A stretch of DNA of 27,601 bases from positions 1-27,601 of the forward strand of contig JBDZWC010000013.1 of NCBI GenBank assembly GCA_040256005.1. Reading direction: 5' to 3'. The DNA is from Deinococcaceae bacterium. Its GTDB lineage: Bacteria; Deinococcota; Deinococci; Deinococcales; Trueperaceae. Of the stretch, positions 1-8,476 are shown one piece after another. Every line of letters begins with the position of its first letter. The first letter of the stretch is position 1. Position numbers and translations under genes: made by a program. The notes under the pieces are model-generated. The model searched no databases and was not told the origin of the DNA. It saw only the letters and a program-made list of their open reading frames with translations.

Positions 1-257
1 CCGACGACAGAACGCACCGCGCCTGGCTGGACCGCCTGACCGAGATGCGGATACCCAACTCCGGGTGGGTGGACCGCTTCTGGTTCCACAGCATCTACTT
101 CCGGGAGCCGGGCGGGGTCCTGTTCGAGATCGCGACGGACGGCCCTGGCTTCGGCGTCGACGAGGACGCGGAGACGCTGGGTGAGAAGGTCGTCCTGCCG
201 CCCTTCCTCGAGCCGCACAGGGACCGCATCGTGGGCGGCCTCAAGCCGCTGGACTAG
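1..257 (+). CDS. Ring-cleaving dioxygenase / glyoxalase (VOC, MhqO/YkcA-like), 3' part only
   Basis: Frame is open from the window edge. C-terminal motif VDRFWFHSIYFREPGGVLFEIATDGPGF...LPPFLEP is typical of this family. Stop TAG at 255-257. Confidence 0.85.
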   Translation, partial: DDRTHRAWLDRLTEMRIPNSGWVDRFWFHSIYFREPGGVLFEIATDGPGFGVDEDAETLGEKVVLPPFLEPHRDRIVGGLKPLD

Positions 258-292
258 CCGCGGGACTAGCCGGCAAGCCGCTGGACTAGCCG
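242..292 (+). repeat. Short direct repeat spanning the stop codon
   Basis: CAAGCCGCTGGACTAGCCG at 242-260 and 274-292. The core GGACTAGCCG also occurs at 263-272. Confidence 0.8.
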
Positions 293-322
293 GCGCCGTC
301 CTATCGGCCAGCGCCTGCGGCC

Positions 323-1075
323 CTAGCCGAGCAGCTTGGCCTCGAGCTTGGCGAGCGTGTCGTCGCTGACGCCGATCCCGCCCAGGTACGGGACGGCGCC
401 CCCGTAGCGGGCATCGAGGTGATGCAGAGCCGGCTCCATGAGGTCGGGGGTGGCGCCCAGCAACCGGACGAACTCCTCGCGCGGCACGCCGTCCCTCTCC
501 GCCTGGTCGAGGAGCCTCTGCCTGAGGGGCCCGATACGGTCCTCGGTGAGTGCGAAGTCCTCCAGGACGGTGGCGCGGTCGACGCCCACTGCCTCCAGCA
601 ACAGCGCGGCCAGCAGGCCGGTCCTGTCCTTGCCGGCCGAGCAGTGGAACAACGAGGCGCCCGGGGCGTCCGCGATCAACCGGACGGCTTCTGCGAAGGC
701 CGGTCCGGCGTGGTCGAGCGCGGCCAGGTAGAAAGCGGTGATATCGAACCGGTCGGCCGGGTGCTGGCCCGCGGCGTCGATGTGCGACCAGACCTCGACG
801 TTGTGCACGTGCACGCCCGGGTTGGCGAGGAACCGGCTGGGCTCACGCTCGCACTCGCGCTTGCCGCGCAGGTCGACGACCGTGGTCAGGGGCAGCTGGG
901 AGAGAAGTGTCAGGTCGGCGTCGGTGAGGCTGGCCGGTCCGTCGGAGCGCAGCACCCTCCCGGGTTGCGTGACGCGGCCGCCGGCCGCCGGCAGCCCGCC
1001 CAGGTCCCTGGTGTTCAGCGTGCCCTCGAGGGGCAGGAACCTCGCGTCGTGTGGGCCAAGAGCAAGTGCAGACAT
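323..1075 (-). CDS. Tyrosine/lipid phosphatase family protein (PtpB/IphP-like)
   Basis: N-terminal NTRDLGG and P-loop FHCSAGKDRTG (CX5R). Start placed at ATG 1075, which has TACCAT 6 nt upstream, rather than the ORF-track start at 1165. Confidence 0.88.
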   Translation of the reverse strand: MSALALGPHDARFLPLEGTLNTRDLGGLPAAGGRVTQPGRVLRSDGPASLTDADLTLLSQLPLTTVVDLRGKRECEREPSRFLANPGVHVHNVEVWSHIDAAGQHPADRFDITAFYLAALDHAGPAFAEAVRLIADAPGASLFHCSAGKDRTGLLAALLLEAVGVDRATVLEDFALTEDRIGPLRQRLLDQAERDGVPREEFVRLLGATPDLMEPALHHLDARYGGAVPYLGGIGVSDDTLAKLEAKLLG

Positions 1076-1184
1076 CGCTCGATGGTATCCCGACGGCCTC
1101 GTTGACGCGTAGTGCCATAGAGGCGAGGTCTCGCTTCTCACATGAGAAGAGGTGCTACGGTCCACGCCACGGAGGACACCTCAA

Positions 1185-2021
1185 GTGAAATGGGAAGACC
1201 GCGGTCGCAGCCGCAACCTCGAGGACAGACGAGCCGCCGGTCCGGCCCGGATGGGCATACCGTTGGGTATCGGCGGGGTGTTGCTGGTGTACGTGATCAG
1301 CCTCGTCACCGGCATAGACCTCACGTCCATACTGGGTGGCGGGCCGTCCCAGGTGAGCACCTCGCCTCCCACCCAGGAAGAGCTGAACGCCGAGGAGGGT
1401 CAGGTGCGGTTCGTGTCGTTCGTGCTCGACGACCTGCAGGCCACCTGGTCGCAGATGGTCGAGGGTCAGTACCCCGAGGCGACGCTGGTGCTCTACCGGG
1501 ACGCCGTCGAGTCGGGTTGCGGGGTCGCCCCGGCGGCCGCCGGGCCCTTCTACTGCCCGCTCGACACCAGCGTCTACGTCGACCTGTCGTTCTACGACAC
1601 GCTGCGGCAGCGCTTCGGTGCCCCGGGCGACTTCGCGCAGGCGTACGTGCTGGCCCACGAGATCGGTCACCACATCCAGAACATTACGGGCACGCTGCCG
1701 CAGGTGCACGAGGCGCAGCAGGCCAACCCCGGCATAGCCAACCAGCTCTCGGTGGCGCTCGAGCTGCAGGCCGACTGCTACGCCGGCGTGTGGGCGGCTT
1801 CGGCGGAGGCCAGGGGCATACTCGAGCCCGGCGACGTGCAGGAGGGCCTCAACGCGGCGGCTGCGGTGGGTGACGACCGCTTGAGCGGCATGGCCGGTCG
1901 CACCGCGAACCAGGAGACGTTCACACACGGCTCCTCGGAACAGCGCATGACCTGGTTCTCGACCGGCATCCGGGGCGGCGACCCGAACGCCTGCGACACG
2001 TTCTCGGCGACCGGGTTCTGA
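1185..2021 (+). CDS. Neutral zinc metallopeptidase, YpfJ-like
   Basis: KWEDRGRSRNLEDRR N-terminus, one TM segment, GPFYCP, AHEIGHHIQ (HExxH), ELQADCYAG, FTHGSSEQR. GGAGG at 1171-1175 precedes GTG 1185. Confidence 0.9.
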   Translation: MKWEDRGRSRNLEDRRAAGPARMGIPLGIGGVLLVYVISLVTGIDLTSILGGGPSQVSTSPPTQEELNAEEGQVRFVSFVLDDLQATWSQMVEGQYPEATLVLYRDAVESGCGVAPAAAGPFYCPLDTSVYVDLSFYDTLRQRFGAPGDFAQAYVLAHEIGHHIQNITGTLPQVHEAQQANPGIANQLSVALELQADCYAGVWAASAEARGILEPGDVQEGLNAAAAVGDDRLSGMAGRTANQETFTHGSSEQRMTWFSTGIRGGDPNACDTFSATGF

Positions 2022-2024
2022 CCC

Positions 2025-2957
2025 TCAGGCTCTCGCCAGGATCTCGTCTACCAGCCTGGCGTCCTCCGCGCTCAGCTCCCGACGCCCGGCTTCTGCGTTC
2101 CTGACCACTTGAGCGGGAGAGGTGGCGCCGGCAATGACGCTGGCCACCTCGGGCTTGGCGAGCAGCCAGGCGAAGGCGAGGTCGATGAGCTCCTTGCCAC
2201 GCTCGCGGGCGAACGCCTCCAGGCGCTCGATAAGGTCGAAGTTCGCGTCGGTCAAGTGACGTTCCCAGCGCTCGTTGCCCGTGATGCGGGTGCCCTGTGG
2301 CAGGGGAGCGCCGCGCCGGTACTTGCCGGTCAAGAGCCCGCTGAAGAGCGGGAAGTAGGGCAGGAACGCCAGGCCGAGCCGGCGGCAGGTGGGGAGGACG
2401 TTCTCCTCGGCCTCACGCCTCAGGAGGCTCAGCTCGTTCTGCACGCTGACGAACCTGGGGGCGCCGGTGGCCACCGCAGCCTCGGCCTCGAGGATCTGCT
2501 CGGCGCTGAAGTTCGAGCAGCCGATCTCGCGCACCGAGCCTTCCTGGACGAGTTCGGCCAGCGCGCCCAACGTGTCGGCGATGGGCGTCTCGGGGTCCGG
2601 CCTATGCAGTTGATAGAGGTCTACGTGATCGGTCCTGAGCCGCCTGAGGCTGTCGTGCAGCGCCTGCTTGACGTAGTCGGGTCGCGCGCCCTGCTTGCCC
2701 TCTGCGACCTTGCTGCCGAACTTCGTCGCCAGCACGACCTTGTCGCGCCTGCCCTCGAGCACCCGCCCGAGGAACGTCTCGCTGTTGGTGGCGCCGTAGG
2801 TGTCAGCGGTGTCGAAGAAGTCGACACCAGCATCCAGCGCCGCGTCGACGACGGACCTGGTGGCGGACTCGTCGAGTCGGCCACCGAAGTTGTTGCAGCC
2901 CAGGCCCACCACCGAGGCGCTGAGGCTGCCGATGGGTCTCCTACGCATCTCCGGCAT
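2025..2957 (-). CDS. Aldo/keto reductase
   Basis: GLGCNNFG, FFDTADTYG, LATKFG, SLRRLRTDHVDLYQLH, IGCSNF and VIAGA motifs. Confidence 0.93.
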   Translation of the reverse strand: MPEMRRRPIGSLSASVVGLGCNNFGGRLDESATRSVVDAALDAGVDFFDTADTYGATNSETFLGRVLEGRRDKVVLATKFGSKVAEGKQGARPDYVKQALHDSLRRLRTDHVDLYQLHRPDPETPIADTLGALAELVQEGSVREIGCSNFSAEQILEAEAAVATGAPRFVSVQNELSLLRREAEENVLPTCRRLGLAFLPYFPLFSGLLTGKYRRGAPLPQGTRITGNERWERHLTDANFDLIERLEAFARERGKELIDLAFAWLLAKPEVASVIAGATSPAQVVRNAEAGRRELSAEDARLVDEILARA

Positions 2958-2999
2958 GCCCGAGCTTAGCTGCCTGTCGCGGTGAGCAGGTAGGCGAGC

Positions 3000-3019
3000 G
3001 GGCCCCTTAGAAGGGGCCC
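3000..3019 (-). terminator. Hairpin just downstream of the MerR gene (putative terminator or mRNA-stabilising stem)
   Basis: Perfect inverted repeat GGGCCCCTT-AG-AAGGGGCCC just past the stop codon, with no clear U-tract. Confidence 0.5.
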
Positions 3020-3026
3020 CCCGCGC

Positions 3027-3776
3027 TCACTTCAGGTTCCGCGCCGCGTACACCTTCATCGCGGCGGTGAGGAGACCGACGGTGGCGTCGTTGCCGATGG
3101 CAGTGGCGAACCGTCTGTCGGCCACGTACCCGTCGGCCAAGGCCTCGTAGGCCTCGCGGTCGGGGTCCCAGGCGACCCGCACCAGCGCGATGTGCTGGGC
3201 GACGGCCTCCTGGACGGCCGGGTCTTCGGGCTTGGCGCCAGACTCGGCCAGCTCCGCGAACCGCGCGTGCACTTCGCCCCAGGCCACTCCGGAGAGGAAC
3301 CTCTCGCGCTGTTCCTTGGGCAGGCGGCGGATGCGCGCGTACGAGTCGTCGACGGTCGCGTCGCCCCACTTCTCCCTGGCTTCCTGCTCGTACGGGTTCT
3401 GGATGAGCCCGTCGAACATCTCTTCTGTTGGCATGCTCACACCTTCTTCCAGGCTGGTCACGGTCTTGTCGACCGTCCTGATGAGCCGGTCCAGACGCTC
3501 CCGCTCCTTGATGAGTTGACGCCTGTGACGCCTCAGGACGTGGATTCTGTCGTCCTCCGCGCGGCTGGCCAGCACCGCGGCGATGTCTCTTAGGCTCAAT
3601 CCCAGCTCCTTGAGCAGGAGGATCTCCTGCAAGCGCGAGAGTTCGGCGTCGCCGTACAGCCGGCGTCCCCCTTCCGAGGTGGACGCGGGCGACAGCAGCC
3701 CGATCGCGTCGTAATGCCGCAGGGTCCGCGACGTCACGCCGGTCAGGCGCACGACCTCGTCTATCGACCGGATCAG
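3027..3776 (-). CDS. MerR-family regulator with TipAS-like C-terminal domain (TipA/Mta/SkgA-like)
   Basis: HTH SIDEVVRLTGVTSRTLRHYDAIGLL..RRLY, coiled coil, then YEQEAREKWG...YVADRRF. Start extended from GTG 3752 to a probable CTG at 3776 behind AAGGAG. Confidence 0.88.
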   Translation of the reverse strand: MIRSIDEVVRLTGVTSRTLRHYDAIGLLSPASTSEGGRRLYGDAELSRLQEILLLKELGLSLRDIAAVLASRAEDDRIHVLRRHRRQLIKERERLDRLIRTVDKTVTSLEEGVSMPTEEMFDGLIQNPYEQEAREKWGDATVDDSYARIRRLPKEQRERFLSGVAWGEVHARFAELAESGAKPEDPAVQEAVAQHIALVRVAWDPDREAYEALADGYVADRRFATAIGNDATVGLLTAAMKVYAARNLK

Positions 3777-3854
3777 TTCCAGCTCCTTTCCTTGGCCTTC
3801 TGATGAGTCGAGCGCCGGGAAACGACCGAGGCGCTCGCTCCAGGGCCGGGACAG

Positions 3855-3885
3855 AGGATACGAGTTGACGCTACGTCAACTGCAA
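3855..3885 (-). promoter_or_regulatory. MerR-type promoter (19-bp spacer) with palindromic operator
   Basis: Minus strand reads TTGCAG (3885-3880), 19 nt, TATCCT (3860-3855). Perfect dyad AGTTGACG-CTA-CGTCAACT at 3863-3881 fills the spacer. Confidence 0.85.
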
Positions 3886-3917
3886 GCCCCGTCGAACAGC
3901 CGCGGATAGCATGCCGC

Positions 3918-5030
3918 ATGGACCCTGCCGAGCGAGTGCTGGCCGCCGCTCGAGTGCGCAACGTGCTGTTGGGACCAAGGCGGCTGGGCTCGCCTACCGA
4001 GGTCGTCGCGCACCTCATGGCTGTCCAGGCGCAGGAGCCCGCCTTCTCCCGCTGGTCGGTCGCCCAGAGGACCCCAAAGCCGGACGAGCCGGCCATGGCG
4101 GAAGCGCTGGCGACCGCTGCGATCGTCCGGGTGCATGCTCTGAGGCCGACCTGGCACTACCTCAGGGGCGAGGACCTGCGCTGGATACAGGCGCTGACAG
4201 GGCCGCGCGTGCTGCGCTCCAGCGCCGGCTGGTACCGGAACAACGGCGTCGACGACGCGTTCCTGAATGCGGGGCGAGCCGTGGTGGAGAACGCGCTGGC
4301 GGGCGGCGGGCACCTGACCCGCGACGAGCTGAGAGCCGCCGTGGCCGCGACCGGGCTGGACGCCTCCGGGCAGCGCATGACGGCACTGATGTTCGACCTC
4401 GAGCTCAAGACGGTCGTCTGCTCGGGCCCTCTGAAGGACGGCAAGCACACGTACGCCCTCGTCGACGAACGGTTGCCGCCGGGCCAGGAGCTGGCCCCGG
4501 AGGAGGCGACCGCGCGACTGGTGAGGCGCTACCTGGCTGGTCACGCGCCGGCGACGCTCAAAGACCTCAGGTGGTGGTCCGGGCTGAAGGTCACCGACCT
4601 GCGCAGAGCGGTGGACGCGCTCGGCGATGCCGTTGCGAAGGAGACCATCGGCCGGCGCGAGTACCTGTGGCTAGGTAGCGACCCACCGGAACAGGCGGCG
4701 GAGGACGGCGTTTCCCTCGAGCTCCTGCAGGTCTTCGACGAGCTGTTCGTGGGCTACTCGGAGACACGCGACCTCCTCGATGCCGACGGCGAGTTCGGGC
4801 CCGTCCTCCAGATCGGGTTCAGCAAGATGATGCATGTGGTCGTGGATGGGGACCGATTGCTGGGGCGGTGGCGACACGACAGGCGTAAGAAGACGCTTGT
4901 GCTCACGTTCGACCTCAACCGGCCGCTGGCGACCGATGAGCAGACGTGGCTCCGGGAGGCGGCGGCAGCCTACGGAGCGTTCATGGGAGCGGGGGAGACC
5001 GAGGTGGTCCTGGCTCCCAACACGCGGTGA
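3918..5030 (+). CDS. AlkZ-like (HTH_42 winged-helix) DNA glycosylase family protein
   Basis: AVQAQ (Q-x-Q) motif, HALRPTWH, RRYLAGHAPAT..DLRWWSG, LLQVFDELFVGY. TAGCAT lies 5 nt before the ATG. Confidence 0.82.
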   Translation: MDPAERVLAAARVRNVLLGPRRLGSPTEVVAHLMAVQAQEPAFSRWSVAQRTPKPDEPAMAEALATAAIVRVHALRPTWHYLRGEDLRWIQALTGPRVLRSSAGWYRNNGVDDAFLNAGRAVVENALAGGGHLTRDELRAAVAATGLDASGQRMTALMFDLELKTVVCSGPLKDGKHTYALVDERLPPGQELAPEEATARLVRRYLAGHAPATLKDLRWWSGLKVTDLRRAVDALGDAVAKETIGRREYLWLGSDPPEQAAEDGVSLELLQVFDELFVGYSETRDLLDADGEFGPVLQIGFSKMMHVVVDGDRLLGRWRHDRRKKTLVLTFDLNRPLATDEQTWLREAAAAYGAFMGAGETEVVLAPNTR

Positions 5031-6175
5031 GCGACGAGCGCCCCGGGGATGAGGGGCAGGATCGAGACGATCATGGCCGCGTTCATGCCGATGGCCTCCT
5101 GCAGCGCCCCGATACCCAGGTAGAGCACGCCGGCGGTGCCCCAGGTCAACCCCATCATCATCCCGGAGGCGGTGGCGACCGCGTGCGGGGCCATGTCCTG
5201 GGCCGCCACGACCATGATGGGTAGCCCGCCGTTCACGAGCACACCGGACGCTGCCACCAGAGCGAAGTAGAGCACCGAGCCGGGCTGCGAGACCAGCATG
5301 AGGAAGAGAGGCGCTGAGGCCAGCAGCATCGTGCCCGTGACCAGCTGGGTGCGGGTGAAGCGCTGCTCGACGAGGCCCGCCAGTATCCCGCCCGCCGCAC
5401 CCGAGAGCGTGAACACGGTGATCGTCCAGAAGACGACAGGGTCCGTCGCGGAGAGCCCCCGCGAGTTCACGAGCCACAGAGGCGCGCCGTTGATGATCGC
5501 GGTCCACGCCATCGAGCGCAGCACGCCGGCCAGGCACAGGCGGCCGACGGGCCCCCTGAACAGGTCGATGTCGAAGACCTTGGCGCCCCGCGCCTGGGCG
5601 TCGCGCGGTTGGGGCGGCACGAGGAGGTAGACGAGCAGACCGCAGATCACGCCGGGCACCATGAGCAGTGGCGTGAACCGCAGCCAGCCCTCGATGACGA
5701 ACAGGCCGATGACGAGGGGGCCCAGGCTCATGCCGGCGGTGCCGCCCGCCGAGAACACGCCCAACGCCAGGCCTCCCTTCTGCCTGGCCGCCGAGCGCGC
5801 CAGGCTCGTGCCCGCCGGATGGAACGCGGCCGACCCGAGACCCCCGAAGAACAGCAAGGGCACCAAGAGGATGGGCGCGGGGATCACCGCCATCGAGGAG
5901 AGCACGGCCGAGCTGAGGACGACGCCGCCGGCCGCGACGACACGGCGACCGAGACGGTCTGCCACGGCCCCGAACAGCGGCTGGAGCACCGACGAGCTGA
6001 ACGACAGCGTGGCCACGAACAGCGCCAGCGTCAGCTCGCCGGCCCCGAACCTCTCCTGGAACGTGGGGAGTAGGGCGGACAGCGTGCCGGCGAAGAAGTC
6101 GTTGCAGAAGTGAGTGACGAACAGGAGAACCGCGAGGGTCGTGCCGCTCAGGTGGAAGGCGGTTCGCGGCGTCAC
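4970..6175 (-). CDS. MFS transporter, Fsr (fosmidomycin-resistance)-like
   Basis: About 12 hydrophobic segments, THFCND, QPLFGAVADRLGRR (motif A), GSAAFHP, VVAAQD. GTG 6175 has TAAGCT 7 nt upstream. Confidence 0.88.
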   Translation of the reverse strand: MTPRTAFHLSGTTLAVLLFVTHFCNDFFAGTLSALLPTFQERFGAGELTLALFVATLSFSSSVLQPLFGAVADRLGRRVVAAGGVVLSSAVLSSMAVIPAPILLVPLLFFGGLGSAAFHPAGTSLARSAARQKGGLALGVFSAGGTAGMSLGPLVIGLFVIEGWLRFTPLLMVPGVICGLLVYLLVPPQPRDAQARGAKVFDIDLFRGPVGRLCLAGVLRSMAWTAIINGAPLWLVNSRGLSATDPVVFWTITVFTLSGAAGGILAGLVEQRFTRTQLVTGTMLLASAPLFLMLVSQPGSVLYFALVAASGVLVNGGLPIMVVAAQDMAPHAVATASGMMMGLTWGTAGVLYLGIGALQEAIGMNAAMIVSILPLIPGALVAHRVLGARTTSVSPAPMNAP

Positions 6176-6298
6176 CGGGCAAAGCTTAGCCTTCACGGGC
6201 CTGGGGGCGGGTCGTGCCGGCCCTCACGGTACTCATGGGCACGCGTACCCTCGTCATGCTGCCCTCCTTAGCCTCGCTAGAAGCAGAGGAGGCACGAC

Positions 6299-6898
6299 AT
6301 GCCCACCGATGAGAGACGCCTGCACGACGCCAGGATCAACCGAGACACGTACCCAGAGAACGACCCCGCCGGGTTCGACGAGCGTAGCCGAGAGCCGCTC
6401 TCACCGAACGATACGTTGGACGACTTCGAGGACGAGCGCGCCCGTATCTACCCGGGACCGCTGGCCGGCGTAGAGCCGCTGGAGGGTCACGCGGTGGAGC
6501 CGGACGCCGAGGAGGTGTCGGTCGAGGACGCGATCATCAAGGAGCGTGCCGGGGCCGGCTGGGAGCAGGAGGGACTGCTCGACACGCATCCGGCCACGTT
6601 CGACGGCGAGCAGGGCCTGGGCGTGATGCGCGTGGTGCGCAGCGCGGATGGTGGAGCCGTCGGCATGCCCGGCACCTGGCGGCCCACGGGAGGCGCCAGG
6701 CTGAACGACCGCTACCAGGTCGGCTCCGTGTTCACCTACGTCGGTCCCCTCCATGTCGGCGACGGCGACGTCCGCGAGGTGTCGGAAGAGGTGCGGGTCA
6801 CCAGCTCCGGCCGCTACGTGACCGAGGACGGCGAGGAGTACGACATCGTCAACTTCGAAGCGCTACGCGGTCCGGCCGCGAACGAGAGCACGCGCTAG
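6299..6898 (+). CDS. Hypothetical acidic protein
   Basis: Strong GAGGAGG RBS before the ATG. The ORF fills the gap between MFS and DedA. D/E-rich N-half and beta-rich-looking C-half; no family recognised. Confidence 0.72.
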   Translation: MPTDERRLHDARINRDTYPENDPAGFDERSREPLSPNDTLDDFEDERARIYPGPLAGVEPLEGHAVEPDAEEVSVEDAIIKERAGAGWEQEGLLDTHPATFDGEQGLGVMRVVRSADGGAVGMPGTWRPTGGARLNDRYQVGSVFTYVGPLHVGDGDVREVSEEVRVTSSGRYVTEDGEEYDIVNFEALRGPAANESTR

Positions 6899-6902
6899 GC
6901 CG

Positions 6903-7544
6903 CTACTCGACCCGCGCCTCGCGCCTGCGACGGAGGCGCTGCCAGACGAACCAGCCGATCACGGCGGCACCGAGCAGTACCCATAGGACGCTCTCCAGCC
7001 GGTCGACCACGGCGAGGACGGCCTCCCAGCGCTCGCCCAGCACCCAGCCGGCCGTGACGAGGAACGCGTTCCACAGCACCGTCCCGAGGAGCGTATAGAG
7101 GCAGAAGCGAGCGAAACCCATCCGCGCCACGCCGGCGGGCAGTGAGATGAGGCTGCGCACCCCGGGCATGAACCGCCCCCAGAAGATGACCTTGGTGTCG
7201 TGCCGCTGGAAGAACCCCAAGGCCTCGTCGTAGTCCGACTCGCGGAGCAGGACGTACCTGCCGAACCGCCGGATGAAGGAGCGCACGCGGGCGTCGCCGA
7301 GGCGGCGCCCCAACCAGAAGAAGAAGGCGGTGCCGGCGAACCCGCCGACGGTGGTGAAGAGCAGCACCCCGACCACGTTCAGGCGCCCCTCCGCTACCAG
7401 GAAACCGGCGAAGGGCAGCACGAACTCGGAGGGGATGGGAGGGATCAGGTTCTCCACCAGCGAGAGCAGGGCGAGACCCGCGTACCCGAGCGTCTCGACG
7501 AGCTGGAGCATGAACGTTTTGAGCCCATCGAGGACGCCGCTCAC
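6903..7544 (-). CDS. DedA family membrane protein
   Basis: ENLIPPIPSEFVLPFAGF, GRFMPGVRSLISLPAG. Probable start GTG 7544 with TAGCGT 7 nt upstream; ATG 7511 is an alternative. Confidence 0.9.
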   Translation of the reverse strand: MSGVLDGLKTFMLQLVETLGYAGLALLSLVENLIPPIPSEFVLPFAGFLVAEGRLNVVGVLLFTTVGGFAGTAFFFWLGRRLGDARVRSFIRRFGRYVLLRESDYDEALGFFQRHDTKVIFWGRFMPGVRSLISLPAGVARMGFARFCLYTLLGTVLWNAFLVTAGWVLGERWEAVLAVVDRLESVLWVLLGAAVIGWFVWQRLRRRREARVE

Positions 7545-7596
7545 GCCGCCAACGCTACCCTGGAAACCACGCGCCGCCGCGGTACGCTGCGTGCCC

Positions 7597-8466
7597 GTGG
7601 GCGAGGCAGGGACGGCCGACAGAGGGAACCTCATCTCCCGGCGCGACTTCGTGCGCTCCGCCGGCGCTGTGGGCGTGGCCACGGTCCTGCTGACCGCGAA
7701 GGGCTTCCAGCCGCCACGCCTCTACCAGGTGACGGAGCACGTGCGACCGGTTCGTGGGCTGAGGCAGCGTACGCGCGCCGCGTTCCTGACGGACCTTCAT
7801 CTGGGCCCCTACCTGGACGCGGAGGACCTCGCCAGGTGGGTGAGCAGCGCCATAGACCTCGAGCCGGACCTGGTCCTGTTGGGTGGGGACATCGTCGACT
7901 CGCGGTACCGAGGCGACCTGACTGGGCTGGTCAGGCAGCTGTCGAGGCTGACCGCCCCGTTGGGTGTCCACGCCGTCCTCGGCAACCACGATCACAGCCG
8001 CTTCAGGCGGCTCGACCCGCTGCTCGAAGCGCTGGATGCGGCCGGGGTGAGGCTTCTGCTCAACGGCTCCGAACGCGTCAGGGAGGACCTGGTGCTCGCA
8101 GGGATCGACGACCTGCGCGTGGGGCGTCCCGATGTCCAGGCTGCCCTCGGTAGCGCCGAGGAGTTGGGTGCCGCCGGAACCGAGGGCGATCCCGCGCTGG
8201 TGTTCCTGTCGCACAACCCCGACGTGATCCCCGAGATGCCGCGCTCGCCCGACCTCCTGCTGGCCGGCCACACGCACGGCGGTCAGGTGCGGTTGCCCCT
8301 CATCGGCGCCGTCGTCACGTCTTCGCGCTACGGCAGACGCTACCTGGACGGCTGGGTCAGGGCTCCCATGCCGGCGTTCGTGTCCCGCGGGTTGGGCGTC
8401 ACCGGCGTGCCGTTCCGCTACGACTGCCCGGCGGAGCTCGTGCACCTCGTCTTGGAGCCGGCCTGA
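7597..8466 (+). CDS. Metallophosphoesterase (YkuE/YaeI-like) with twin-arginine-like N-terminus
   Basis: TDLH, GGD, GNHD, SHNPD and GHTHGGQ motifs. SRRDFV followed by a hydrophobic stretch. Start is GTG 7591 or 7597 rather than 7273, which would overlap dedA. Confidence 0.88.
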   Translation: MGEAGTADRGNLISRRDFVRSAGAVGVATVLLTAKGFQPPRLYQVTEHVRPVRGLRQRTRAAFLTDLHLGPYLDAEDLARWVSSAIDLEPDLVLLGGDIVDSRYRGDLTGLVRQLSRLTAPLGVHAVLGNHDHSRFRRLDPLLEALDAAGVRLLLNGSERVREDLVLAGIDDLRVGRPDVQAALGSAEELGAAGTEGDPALVFLSHNPDVIPEMPRSPDLLLAGHTHGGQVRLPLIGAVVTSSRYGRRYLDGWVRAPMPAFVSRGLGVTGVPFRYDCPAELVHLVLEPA

Positions 8467-8476
8467 GGTACCGACG

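Noticed and set aside
242..292. Mini CRISPR array
   Set aside because: Repeats and spacers are too short and irregular, and no cas genes are present.
4671..6182. 503-aa alternative-frame ORF on the minus strand
   Set aside because: R/G/P-rich off-frame shadow of the MFS gene.
7273..7682. Apparent 400-bp head-to-head overlap of dedA and the metallophosphoesterase
   Set aside because: Artefact of longest-ORF starts. The probable starts (7544 and about 7597) do not overlap.
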